In this document: one piece after another, positions 8,105 to 14,945 of the stretch
How the letters are laid out: each line of letters opens with the position of its first letter
Position numbering within the stretch: position 1 is the stretch's first letter
DNA from: Kutzneria kofuensis
Lineage (GTDB): Bacteria; Actinomycetota; Actinomycetes; Mycobacteriales; Pseudonocardiaceae
Direction: 5' to 3'
Length of the DNA: 24,000 nucleotides
Assembly (NCBI RefSeq): GCF_014203355.1
Contig: NZ_JACHIR010000001.1
Coordinates: 1,280,038-1,304,037 of the forward strand
The notes under the pieces: model-generated
The model's database searches: none
What the model saw: the letters and a program-made list of their open reading frames with translations, nothing else
What the model was told of the DNA's origin: nothing
Program-made: the position numbers and the translations under genes

Positions 8105-8614
8105 ATGACGAGTTCGGTCCGCGCCACCGCGCAGAACACCGTGACCATCACCTACGACCTCACCCTGCCCGACAAGACCGAGATCTCCGGCACGGAGACA
8201 TGCACCACCGGCCAGAACACCGGCGCGCCCAGGTACTACCGCCGCCGGGCCGACGGTCGGGACCGCCGGGGGAGGTTGCAGTACTTCCACATGTGGGACC
8301 CCGACGCCCAGCTGTTCGACTGGCTGGCGAACGAGGTGTTCGAGTACTACGAGGCCGACCCCGACGCCTACTTCGACGGCGCCGCCGGGGCGACGGGCAC
8401 GATCACCGTCGTCGACGACCAGGGCCCGTGCCACTCCTGCCGGTCGGTGATCGCCCAGTTCAAGCGGGAGTTCCCGAAGGTCGCGATCACCGTCAAGTAC
8501 GCGACCGGCGACACCAACCGGGCCACCCGGGCCGCCGGCGTCGGCAAGGGGATCTACGGCTACGACAAGGGCGCCGTGCACGACGGCCTCGGTTGGTGGA
8601 CCAAGACGTTGTGA
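8105..8614 (+). CDS. Hypothetical cytoplasmic protein (169 aa) with a deaminase-fold-like PCxxC signature; function unknown
   Basis: ATG at 8105 preceded by GGAG (8094-8097) with a 7-nt spacer; the track start at 8048 lacks an RBS. Third-position GC is very high throughout. Motif ITVVDDQGPCHSCRSVIAQFKREFPKVAITVKY has Cys109 and Cys112 at nt 8429-8440. No signal peptide or TM helix is visible. Stop TGA at 8612-8614. Confidence 0.7.
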   Translation: MTSSVRATAQNTVTITYDLTLPDKTEISGTETCTTGQNTGAPRYYRRRADGRDRRGRLQYFHMWDPDAQLFDWLANEVFEYYEADPDAYFDGAAGATGTITVVDDQGPCHSCRSVIAQFKREFPKVAITVKYATGDTNRATRAAGVGKGIYGYDKGAVHDGLGWWTKTL

Positions 8615-8620
8615 GTCACA

Positions 8621-8645
8621 GGGGGTGCGGGCCACCCGCACCCCC
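8621..8645. terminator. Bidirectional terminator hairpin between the convergent orphan gene and the DUF4232-like gene
   Basis: Perfect 11-bp GC-rich stem: GGGGGTGCGGG (8621-8631), loop CCA, CCCGCACCCCC (8635-8645). It sits between the stops at 8614 and 8658. Confidence 0.7.
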
Positions 8646-8657
8646 GTGCCCGACCGG

Positions 8658-9155
8658 TCAGCTGGTGCCTTCGCCCTGGCCCAGGCCGAGACCGGTCCGC
8701 CAGGCGCTGACCAGGACGCCGTCCTTCTGGATGTCGAACGCGCCCGGCGTGCCGAAGTACGTGCCCCGGAACGACTTGTCCGGCATGGCCAGCCGCAGGG
8801 TGCTGACCGGAACGGCGTTCTCGGGCAGGTCGGGGCGGTGGTAGGCGATCTGGGCGTGCAGCGGGCTGTCCGGGCGCAGGACGAGGGTGCCGCCACGGCC
8901 GTCGACGTGCACGGGAATGTCGGCGCCGGGGCCGGAGACGGTGACCAGCGGCGTGTCGGGGAGGGTGCAGGCGACGCCGTCGTGGGCCAGCAGCGTCAGG
9001 TCGAAGGTGCCGAGGCTGAGGTTCTGGCTGAAACCGCCGAAGTAGAACGACACGATGTCGGCGCCGCACGGCACGGGCGGGGCCGTGACGGCCGCCGCCG
9101 GCGCGGCCGAGAGGGCGGCCCCGGCCACCAGGGCGAGGAGGGCGAGCTTCTTCAT
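8658..9155 (-). CDS. Secreted protein, DUF4232-like (165 aa)
   Basis: ATG at 9155 (MKKLALLALVAGAALSAAPAAA, a Sec-type signal peptide) with GGGAGA 8 nt upstream. Two spaced Cys residues in a beta-rich sequence (PVPCGAD...DGVACTLPDTPLV) resemble DUF4232; that family call is from memory only. The upstream part of the 294-aa track ORF overlaps the peptidase gene in another frame. Confidence 0.7.
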   Translation of the reverse strand: MKKLALLALVAGAALSAAPAAAVTAPPVPCGADIVSFYFGGFSQNLSLGTFDLTLLAHDGVACTLPDTPLVTVSGPGADIPVHVDGRGGTLVLRPDSPLHAQIAYHRPDLPENAVPVSTLRLAMPDKSFRGTYFGTPGAFDIQKDGVLVSAWRTGLGLGQGEGTS

Positions 9156-9172
9156 CGTAGGAATCTCCCGGG

Positions 9173-10477
9173 TCAGAAGGCGGCGAGCCCGTGCGGGGAG
9201 CCGAGGCCGGTGGGGCCGTCCCAGCCGGGGCCGGCGTTGCAGACCGCCGAGCCGGAGCCGGGGAAGTCGGCGCAGTGGTGGAAGATCTCGTTGTTGCCGC
9301 TGGTCACGTCGTTGAAGGCGGAGGCCTTGGCGGCATACAGGGTGTTGGGACCGTCCACAGCGGACAGGTGGCCGGCGCGGGCGTAGAGGCCGGCGATGTA
9401 CGGGGACGAGGCGCTGGTGCCGCCGATGACCAGCCAGTTGTTGGGCTCGTCGCCGGTCGGCGCGTAGGTGTCGTAGACGGCGACGCCGGTCGAGGGGTCG
9501 GCGTCGGCGGACACATCGGCGGCGGCGCGGTGCCCGTTGCACGCGGCGGTGACGGCCTTGGGTTGCCCGTTGGCCTTGGCGAAGGCGGTCTCGCAGCCGC
9601 TGCCGGCGAGGGACCAGGCGGTTTCCTTGCCGGCAGCGGGCAACGTCGTGCCACCGACGGCGACCACGCCGGGCAGGTTGGACGGCCAGCTCTGGTGGAC
9701 GCCGCCGTTGAAGCCTTCGTCCCCGGTGGATGCCGTGATGGCGACTCCCTTGTGGGACAAGGCCGCCAACGTGTCGCCATGGGTGTTGGTGACGTCGGCG
9801 GTGTAGCCGTAGCTGATGCTCACCGCGGACGCGCCGGCCTTGATCGCCGTCCGGACGGCCGCCGCGAAGTCACCGGTTGACACGTCGTTGTCGTCGATGG
9901 CGTCCTGCCACGGCACCGACACGTACATCAGCCGGCAGGACGGGCAGGCGGCCGACGCCATGTCGACGTCGAGCGAGGTCTCGGCGGCCACTTCCTCCTC
10001 GATCGCCGCCCCCTGACCGCTCTGCTGCGGCGCCACCTGCGGACCGCCGGTGTAGTCCAGCAGGCGCAGGCAGCCGCTCTGCTCGGTGCACGCCGGCAGC
10101 CCGAACGTCGCACGGTAGGTCGCCAGATCGGCCGCCAGGTTGCCGTCGACACCGGCGCCGATGACGGCAATCGTTGCCGTGCTACGGGAATTCGCCGGCA
10201 ACGAGTACGCCGTGGCCAGCTCGCTGGGCGAGTAGCCGGCCGGTTCCGTGGTGCGCAACGGGGTCGCGCCGCCCGGCTTCGCGGTGACCACCAGGGCATC
10301 ACATTGCCGGCAAACCGGTCGCACGCCGTGGTTCTGCAGCAGTGTCGCCGCATGCACCTGCTGGTGCAGCTGCGTCGCCGACGGAGTTGGTCGGCCCGCG
10401 ACGGCAATCGGGCTGCCGACGATTCCCACCAGAACCGTGACGGCGACGGCCGTCACGGTTGATCGCGCCCAAGACAT
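9173..10477 (-). CDS. Secreted S53-family (sedolisin/kumamolisin-like) serine peptidase
   Basis: Motifs AETSLDVDMASAACP (Glu/Asp), ASTGDEG and GGTSASSPYIAGL (Ser nucleophile). Signal peptide MSWARSTVTAVAVTVLVGIVGSPIAVAG. Start is either the ATG at 10477 or an in-frame TTG at 10504. Stop TGA at 9175-9173, 17 nt upstream of the next gene's start. Confidence 0.85.
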   Translation of the reverse strand: MSWARSTVTAVAVTVLVGIVGSPIAVAGRPTPSATQLHQQVHAATLLQNHGVRPVCRQCDALVVTAKPGGATPLRTTEPAGYSPSELATAYSLPANSRSTATIAVIGAGVDGNLAADLATYRATFGLPACTEQSGCLRLLDYTGGPQVAPQQSGQGAAIEEEVAAETSLDVDMASAACPSCRLMYVSVPWQDAIDDNDVSTGDFAAAVRTAIKAGASAVSISYGYTADVTNTHGDTLAALSHKGVAITASTGDEGFNGGVHQSWPSNLPGVVAVGGTTLPAAGKETAWSLAGSGCETAFAKANGQPKAVTAACNGHRAAADVSADADPSTGVAVYDTYAPTGDEPNNWLVIGGTSASSPYIAGLYARAGHLSAVDGPNTLYAAKASAFNDVTSGNNEIFHHCADFPGSGSAVCNAGPGWDGPTGLGSPHGLAAF

Positions 10478-10621
10478 GGCGGACACTATGGCACCGCTGA
10501 ACAACGATCATCGGAATACGTGAACTATCCTTCACCGGCGCAACCCAGCTGCCGGATCATGCGTCTTGGTTCTCTTGGCGCACACCGGTTCCCGGTGAAA
10601 CGGGCAGACTTCGGACGGCCT

Positions 10622-11212
10622 TCAGCCCCGGGGCCCGAGCAGGGCGATGGAGGCCTGGACGGCCGTCTCGGTGATGTCGGTGGCCTCGCCGCCGTCCTCC
10701 ACGTTGCTGGCGATCAGCTCCCGCAGGCCGCCGAGCAGCACGATGGCCATCTGACGGGACACCCGGCCGATGCCCATGGCCCGCAGGCTCTCGGTGTCGG
10801 TGAGGGACTGGACCATGTCGATGAACTTCTCCATCAGGTCCCGCTGCAGGTCGCGGCCGAGGACGCCGAGCGCGGGGATGTCCCGGATCCAGCTGTGGGT
10901 GACGGCGCGCTGGGCGTCGCTGCAGGCCAGCCACTCCTCGACGGCCTGCCGGACCTGGGTCGGCCATGAGGCCGTGGGGTCGACGGCGGCGGAAATGCGC
11001 CGGATCATCTCGTCGTTGGTCTCGGTGATCAGGGCGACGAAGCAGGTTTCCTTGCTGGTGAAGTGCTCGTAGAAGGTCCGCCGGGAGGTCCTGGCCAGGC
11101 GCACGATGTCGGCGACGGTGGTGTCGCGGTAGCCGATGTCGGCGATGGCCGCCGCCAGCCCGTCGAGCAGCCGCCGCCGGAAGTCGGTCTGGACGCTCGT
11201 CACCATGGTCAC
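10622..11212 (-). CDS. TetR-family transcriptional regulator
   Basis: N-terminal HTH (GYRDTTVADIVRLARTSRRTFYEHFTSKETCF). GTG at 11212 has GGAGG 6 nt upstream; the alternative ATG at 11206 lies 12 nt from it. The remainder of the 819-aa track ORF is antisense to the P450 and SDR genes. Confidence 0.9.
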   Translation of the reverse strand: MTMVTSVQTDFRRRLLDGLAAAIADIGYRDTTVADIVRLARTSRRTFYEHFTSKETCFVALITETNDEMIRRISAAVDPTASWPTQVRQAVEEWLACSDAQRAVTHSWIRDIPALGVLGRDLQRDLMEKFIDMVQSLTDTESLRAMGIGRVSRQMAIVLLGGLRELIASNVEDGGEATDITETAVQASIALLGPRG

Positions 11213-11251
11213 GGTATACCTCCCCGTTCGGCGTCGACGCCTTGAGCTCGC

Positions 11252-11269
11252 TGGTACGTGAGCGTACCA
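11252..11269. promoter_or_regulatory. Candidate TetR operator 1 (7-4-7 palindrome)
   Basis: TGGTACG-TGAG-CGTACCA with perfect 7-bp inverted arms, in the 96-102 bp (depending on the TetR start) TetR/P450 divergent intergenic region. Confidence 0.6.
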
Positions 11270-11275
11270 TCGGCC

Positions 11276-11293
11276 TGGTACGTTGGCGTACCA
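11276..11293. promoter_or_regulatory. Candidate TetR operator 2 (7-4-7 palindrome)
   Basis: TGGTACG-TTGG-CGTACCA, with arms identical to operator 1. Centres are 24 bp apart. It ends 15 nt before the P450 ATG. Confidence 0.6.
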
Positions 11294-11308
11294 CATGGGA
11301 GGCGCATC

Positions 11309-12649
11309 ATGGCGACGCTGCCACCGGGACCGTCCACACCACGGCTGGCGCAGGCGGTGTCCGCGCTGATGAGACCGGGACGCGGCTTCCGCCAGGCGCG
11401 CGCGAGGTACGGCGACGCCTTCACCATCAACTCGCCGCTGTTCGGCCGGGCCCTGGTGATCAGCGACGCCGCCGAGATCAAGCAGCTGTTCCAGGCGGGC
11501 GCCGAGATCGCCGACAACATCGAGCCCAACCTCGGGCGGGTGCTCGGCTCCGGCTCGCTGTTCGCCCTGTCCGGCGACGAGCACCGCCGGCAGCGCAAGC
11601 TGCTGGTGCCGCCGTTCCACGGCCGCCGGCTCGCGGCGTACGAGCAGATCATGGAGGAGGAGACCCTGCGGGAGTTCGCCTCCTGGCCGCGAAACCAGCA
11701 GTTCGCCACGCTGCCGTCGATGATGCGGATCACGCTCAACATCATTCTGCGGGCGGTGTTCGGGGCCGAGGGCGCGGAGTTCGACCGGCTGCGGGACCTG
11801 CTGCCGGCCTTCGTCAAGCTCGGGTCGCTGCTGGCGGTGCTGCCCGTCCCCAAGGTCGACTGGGGCCGGTGGAGCCCGTGGGGCCGGTTCCGCCTGATGC
11901 GCCGGGAGTACGACGAGATCGTCGAGCGGCTGATCGCCAAGGCGGAGCGGGACGGCAGCCTCGACGAGCGCGAGGACATCCTGGCGCTGATGCTGCAGGC
12001 CCGCTACGACGACGGCACGGCGATGAGCCACGGCGACATCGCCGACCAACTGCTGACCCTGCTCACCGCCGGCCACGAGACCACCGCCACCACCCTGGCC
12101 TGGGCGGTGGAGCGGCTGCGCCGCCACCCGGACGTGCTGCGCGACCTGACCGAGGAGACCCGCACCGGCGGGAAGACCCTGCGGGAGGCCACCATCCTGG
12201 AGGTCCAGCGGACCCGGCCGGTGATCGACATGGTCGGCCGCAAGATCAAGGCCGACGGGGCCCGGCTCGGCCGGTGGACGCTGCCCAGGGGACAGACGGT
12301 GCTGGTCGGCATCGCGTTGATCCACGAGGACCCCGACCTGTTCCCGAATCCGCGGGCCTTCGACCCGTACCGGTTCGTCGGCACGAAACCCGATCTGTAC
12401 CAGTGGATCCCGTTCGGCGGCGGCAGCCGGCGGTGTCTCGGCGCGGCGTTCGCGACCATGGAGATGAACGTGGTGCTGCGGGCCCTGCTCCGTGACTTCG
12501 ACCTCATCCCCACGGCCCTGCCGGACGAGCCCTGGCACTCTCGGGGCATCGCGAACGCCCCGGCCAAGGGCGGCCTCGCGGTCGTCCGCCCCCGGACCCT
12601 GATCGACGACCACGTGACGAGGAGTGCCGATGCCCCGACAGCTTCCTAG
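11309..12649 (+). CDS. Cytochrome P450 monooxygenase (446 aa)
   Basis: ATG at 11309 (MATLPPGP) with GGGAGG 7 nt upstream. Motifs AGHETT (I-helix), EVQR (ExxR) and the heme loop FGGGSRRCLG. The track start at 11258 lies inside the operator palindromes. Confidence 0.9.
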   Translation: MATLPPGPSTPRLAQAVSALMRPGRGFRQARARYGDAFTINSPLFGRALVISDAAEIKQLFQAGAEIADNIEPNLGRVLGSGSLFALSGDEHRRQRKLLVPPFHGRRLAAYEQIMEEETLREFASWPRNQQFATLPSMMRITLNIILRAVFGAEGAEFDRLRDLLPAFVKLGSLLAVLPVPKVDWGRWSPWGRFRLMRREYDEIVERLIAKAERDGSLDEREDILALMLQARYDDGTAMSHGDIADQLLTLLTAGHETTATTLAWAVERLRRHPDVLRDLTEETRTGGKTLREATILEVQRTRPVIDMVGRKIKADGARLGRWTLPRGQTVLVGIALIHEDPDLFPNPRAFDPYRFVGTKPDLYQWIPFGGGSRRCLGAAFATMEMNVVLRALLRDFDLIPTALPDEPWHSRGIANAPAKGGLAVVRPRTLIDDHVTRSADAPTAS

Positions 12650-13460
12650 GCTCACCGGCCGGCCGGTGATGATCACCGGCGCCGCCTCCGGCATCGGCCG
12701 CAGCCTCGCGCTGCGGCTGAACCGGCTCGGCTCGCCGGTGGCCGTCGCCGACGTGGACGCCACGGGGCTCAAGCAGACCGCCGCCTCGCTGCGGGGCACG
12801 GTGCTGACCCGCGTCCTGGACGTCAGCGACGCCGCCGACCAGCGGAAATTCGCCGACGAGGTGCGGGACTGGCTGCCCGCGCCGCTGGCCGCGGTGTTCA
12901 ACAACGCCGGCGTCGCGCTGTCGTCCACGGTGCTCGACGCCGATCCCGAGGACGACAACTGGCTGTACGACATCAACTTCCACGGCGTGGTCAACGGCAC
13001 CCGGGCGTTCCTGCCGATCCTGGTCGGGCAGGGCGAGGGCGTCATCGTGAACACGTCCAGCGTGTTCGGGCTGGCCGGCATGCCGTACCAGAGCGCCTAC
13101 TGCGCGGCCAAGTTCGCCGTCCGCGGCTTCACCGACTCGCTGCGCCAGGAGCTGCGCGGCACCGGCGTCAGCGCGGTCACCGTGCACCCCGGCGGCATCA
13201 AGACGAACATCGTCCGAAATGGACGGATGCGGCAGGATCCCGAGGGCCGCGAACGGTCGAAGGAGGAGATGGCGGCCTCGTTCGAGGCGATCGCCATGAC
13301 CACGCCGGACAAGGCGGCGCAGATCATCCACCGCGGCGTGGAGAGCGGCAAGGCCCGCATCCTCGTCGGCCCGGACGCGTACGTGTTCGACGCGCTGATG
13401 CGTATCGCCCCCACCCACTACTTCGACCTGCTCGGCCGGTTCGTCTCCCGCCGCGGTTAA
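12630..13460 (+). CDS. Short-chain dehydrogenase/reductase (SDR)
   Basis: TGAASGIG, NNAG, and Ser...YCAAK catalytic motifs. ATG at 12630 with GAGGAG 5 nt upstream; it overlaps the P450 3' end by 20 nt. Stop TAA at 13458-13460. Confidence 0.9.
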   Translation: MPRQLPRLTGRPVMITGAASGIGRSLALRLNRLGSPVAVADVDATGLKQTAASLRGTVLTRVLDVSDAADQRKFADEVRDWLPAPLAAVFNNAGVALSSTVLDADPEDDNWLYDINFHGVVNGTRAFLPILVGQGEGVIVNTSSVFGLAGMPYQSAYCAAKFAVRGFTDSLRQELRGTGVSAVTVHPGGIKTNIVRNGRMRQDPEGRERSKEEMAASFEAIAMTTPDKAAQIIHRGVESGKARILVGPDAYVFDALMRIAPTHYFDLLGRFVSRRG

Positions 13461-13469
13461 GGAGCCCTT

Positions 13470-14945
13470 GTGCCCAGCGAACATCTGGACGTCCTGATCG
13501 TCGGCGCCGGCCTGTCCGGCGTCGGCGCGGCGCACCACATCCACACCGCCTTCCCGCGCCGGACGTACGCGATCCTGGAGGCCCGCGAGGCCAGCGGCGG
13601 CACCTGGGACCTGTTCCGGTACCCGGGCGTGCGCTCCGACTCGGACATGCAGACCCTCGGCTACCGGTTCCGGCCGTGGACGCAGGCCAAGGCCATCGCC
13701 GACGGGCCGGCCATCCTCGACTACATCCGGGAGACCGCCGCCGAGGCCGGCATCGACCGGCACATCCGTTACGGCCACAAGGTTGTCGCCGCCTCATGGT
13801 CCACAGAGGACTCGCGATGGACGGTCGAGGTCCAGCGTGACGGCGAAACCGTGCAGTTGACGGCGAACTTCCTCTACCTGTGCACCGGCTACTACCACTA
13901 CGACGGCGGCTACGCGCCGGCCTTCCCGGACGTCGAGCGGTTCGCCGGGCCGGTGATCCACCCGCAGCAGTGGCCGGAAGACCTGGACTACGCGGGCAAG
14001 AAGGTCGTCGTCATCGGCAGCGGCGCCACCGCGGTCACCCTCGTGCCGGCCATGACCGACAAGGCCGAGCACGTGACCATGCTGCAGCGCTCCCCCACGT
14101 ACATCCTGGCCCGGCCGGGCGAGGACAAGCTGGCCAACCGGCTGCGGAGGCTGCTCGGCGACCCCCTGGGCTACATGGTGACGCGGTGGAAGAACGTCGC
14201 CATGGCCACGCTGATCTACCGGCTCAGCCGGCGCCGGCCCGGGATGATCCGGTCGTTCATCCGCAACGAGACCGTGAAGCTGCTGCCGCCCGGCTACGAC
14301 GTGGACACGCACTTCAAGCCCCGGTACGACCCGTGGGACCAGCGGCTGTGCCTGGTGCCGGACGGCGACCTGTTCCGGGCCATCCGCCACGGCCGCGCGT
14401 CGGTGGTCACCGACGAGATCGCCGGCTTCACCGAGACCGGGATCCGGCTGCGGTCCGGCGCCGACCTGCCCGCGGACGTCGTCGTCACGGCGACCGGGCT
14501 GCGGTTGCTGGCGTTCGGCGGCATCCGGCTGGCGGTGGACGGCAAGGAGATCAAGCTGCCGGAAACCCTGGCGTACAAGGGAATGATGCTCAGCGGCCTG
14601 CCGAACTTCGTGTTCACCATCGGCTACACCAACGCGTCGTGGACGCTGAAGGCCGACCTGGTCGCCGAGTACACGGTCCGCCTGCTGCGGCACATGGACG
14701 AGCACGGCTACACCCAGTGCGTGCCGGTCAACGACGGTCCCGAGATCACCGAACGGCCGCTGCTGGACTTCGCCGCCGGCTACGTCCAGCGGTCCGTGCA
14801 CGAGTTCCCCCGGGCCGGGTCGCGCCGGCCGTGGCAGCTGGGCATGAGCTACGCCAACGACGTGCTGCTGCTGCGCCACGGCCGGATCGACGACGGAACC
14901 CTGCGCTTCCGGGCAGCCGAGCGGCGGCCGGTCAGGAGCCGCTGA
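13470..14945 (+). CDS. Flavin-dependent Baeyer-Villiger monooxygenase, EthA-like
   Basis: GTG at 13470 with AAGGAG 5 nt upstream. FAD motif GAGLSG, NADPH motif GSGATA, and the type I BVMO fingerprint FAGPVIHPQQWP (FxGxxxHxxxWP). Confidence 0.9.
   Translation: MPSEHLDVLIVGAGLSGVGAAHHIHTAFPRRTYAILEAREASGGTWDLFRYPGVRSDSDMQTLGYRFRPWTQAKAIADGPAILDYIRETAAEAGIDRHIRYGHKVVAASWSTEDSRWTVEVQRDGETVQLTANFLYLCTGYYHYDGGYAPAFPDVERFAGPVIHPQQWPEDLDYAGKKVVVIGSGATAVTLVPAMTDKAEHVTMLQRSPTYILARPGEDKLANRLRRLLGDPLGYMVTRWKNVAMATLIYRLSRRRPGMIRSFIRNETVKLLPPGYDVDTHFKPRYDPWDQRLCLVPDGDLFRAIRHGRASVVTDEIAGFTETGIRLRSGADLPADVVVTATGLRLLAFGGIRLAVDGKEIKLPETLAYKGMMLSGLPNFVFTIGYTNASWTLKADLVAEYTVRLLRHMDEHGYTQCVPVNDGPEITERPLLDFAAGYVQRSVHEFPRAGSRRPWQLGMSYANDVLLLRHGRIDDGTLRFRAAERRPVRSR

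Noticed and set aside
8405-8500. The CHSC motif of the orphan protein read as a thioredoxin-fold redox site.
   Set aside because: The strand-CxxC-helix-strand pattern fits superficially. However, the CxxC sits at residue 109 of 169, leaving too little sequence for the rest of a thioredoxin fold, and the N-terminal strands fit a deaminase fold better. I keep it as an explicit alternative in the finding; only structure prediction can decide.
10583-10597. A small hairpin CACCGG-TTC-CCGGTG downstream of the TetR stop, considered as a terminator.
   Set aside because: It has only a 6-bp stem and a 3-nt loop with no U-tract, far weaker than the other three hairpins. That is not enough to call a terminator.
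11213-11240. The short palindromes GGTATACC (11213-11220) and GCGTCGACGC (11231-11240) in the TetR/P450 intergenic region, considered as additional operators.
   Set aside because: They are short, occur as single copies and overlap the TetR RBS region. The 18-bp tandem palindromes are much stronger operator candidates.
11258-11308. The track start (11258) for the P450, adding MSVPSAWYVGVPHGRRI.
   Set aside because: That start lies inside the operator palindromes and has no RBS. The ATG at 11309 has GGGAGG 7 nt upstream and gives the usual P450 N-terminus with PPGP.
11213-13081. The upstream part of the 819-aa minus-strand ORF containing the TetR regulator.
   Set aside because: Only the last ~196 aa look like a TetR protein, and they have a good RBS. 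The rest is antisense to the well-supported P450 and SDR genes.
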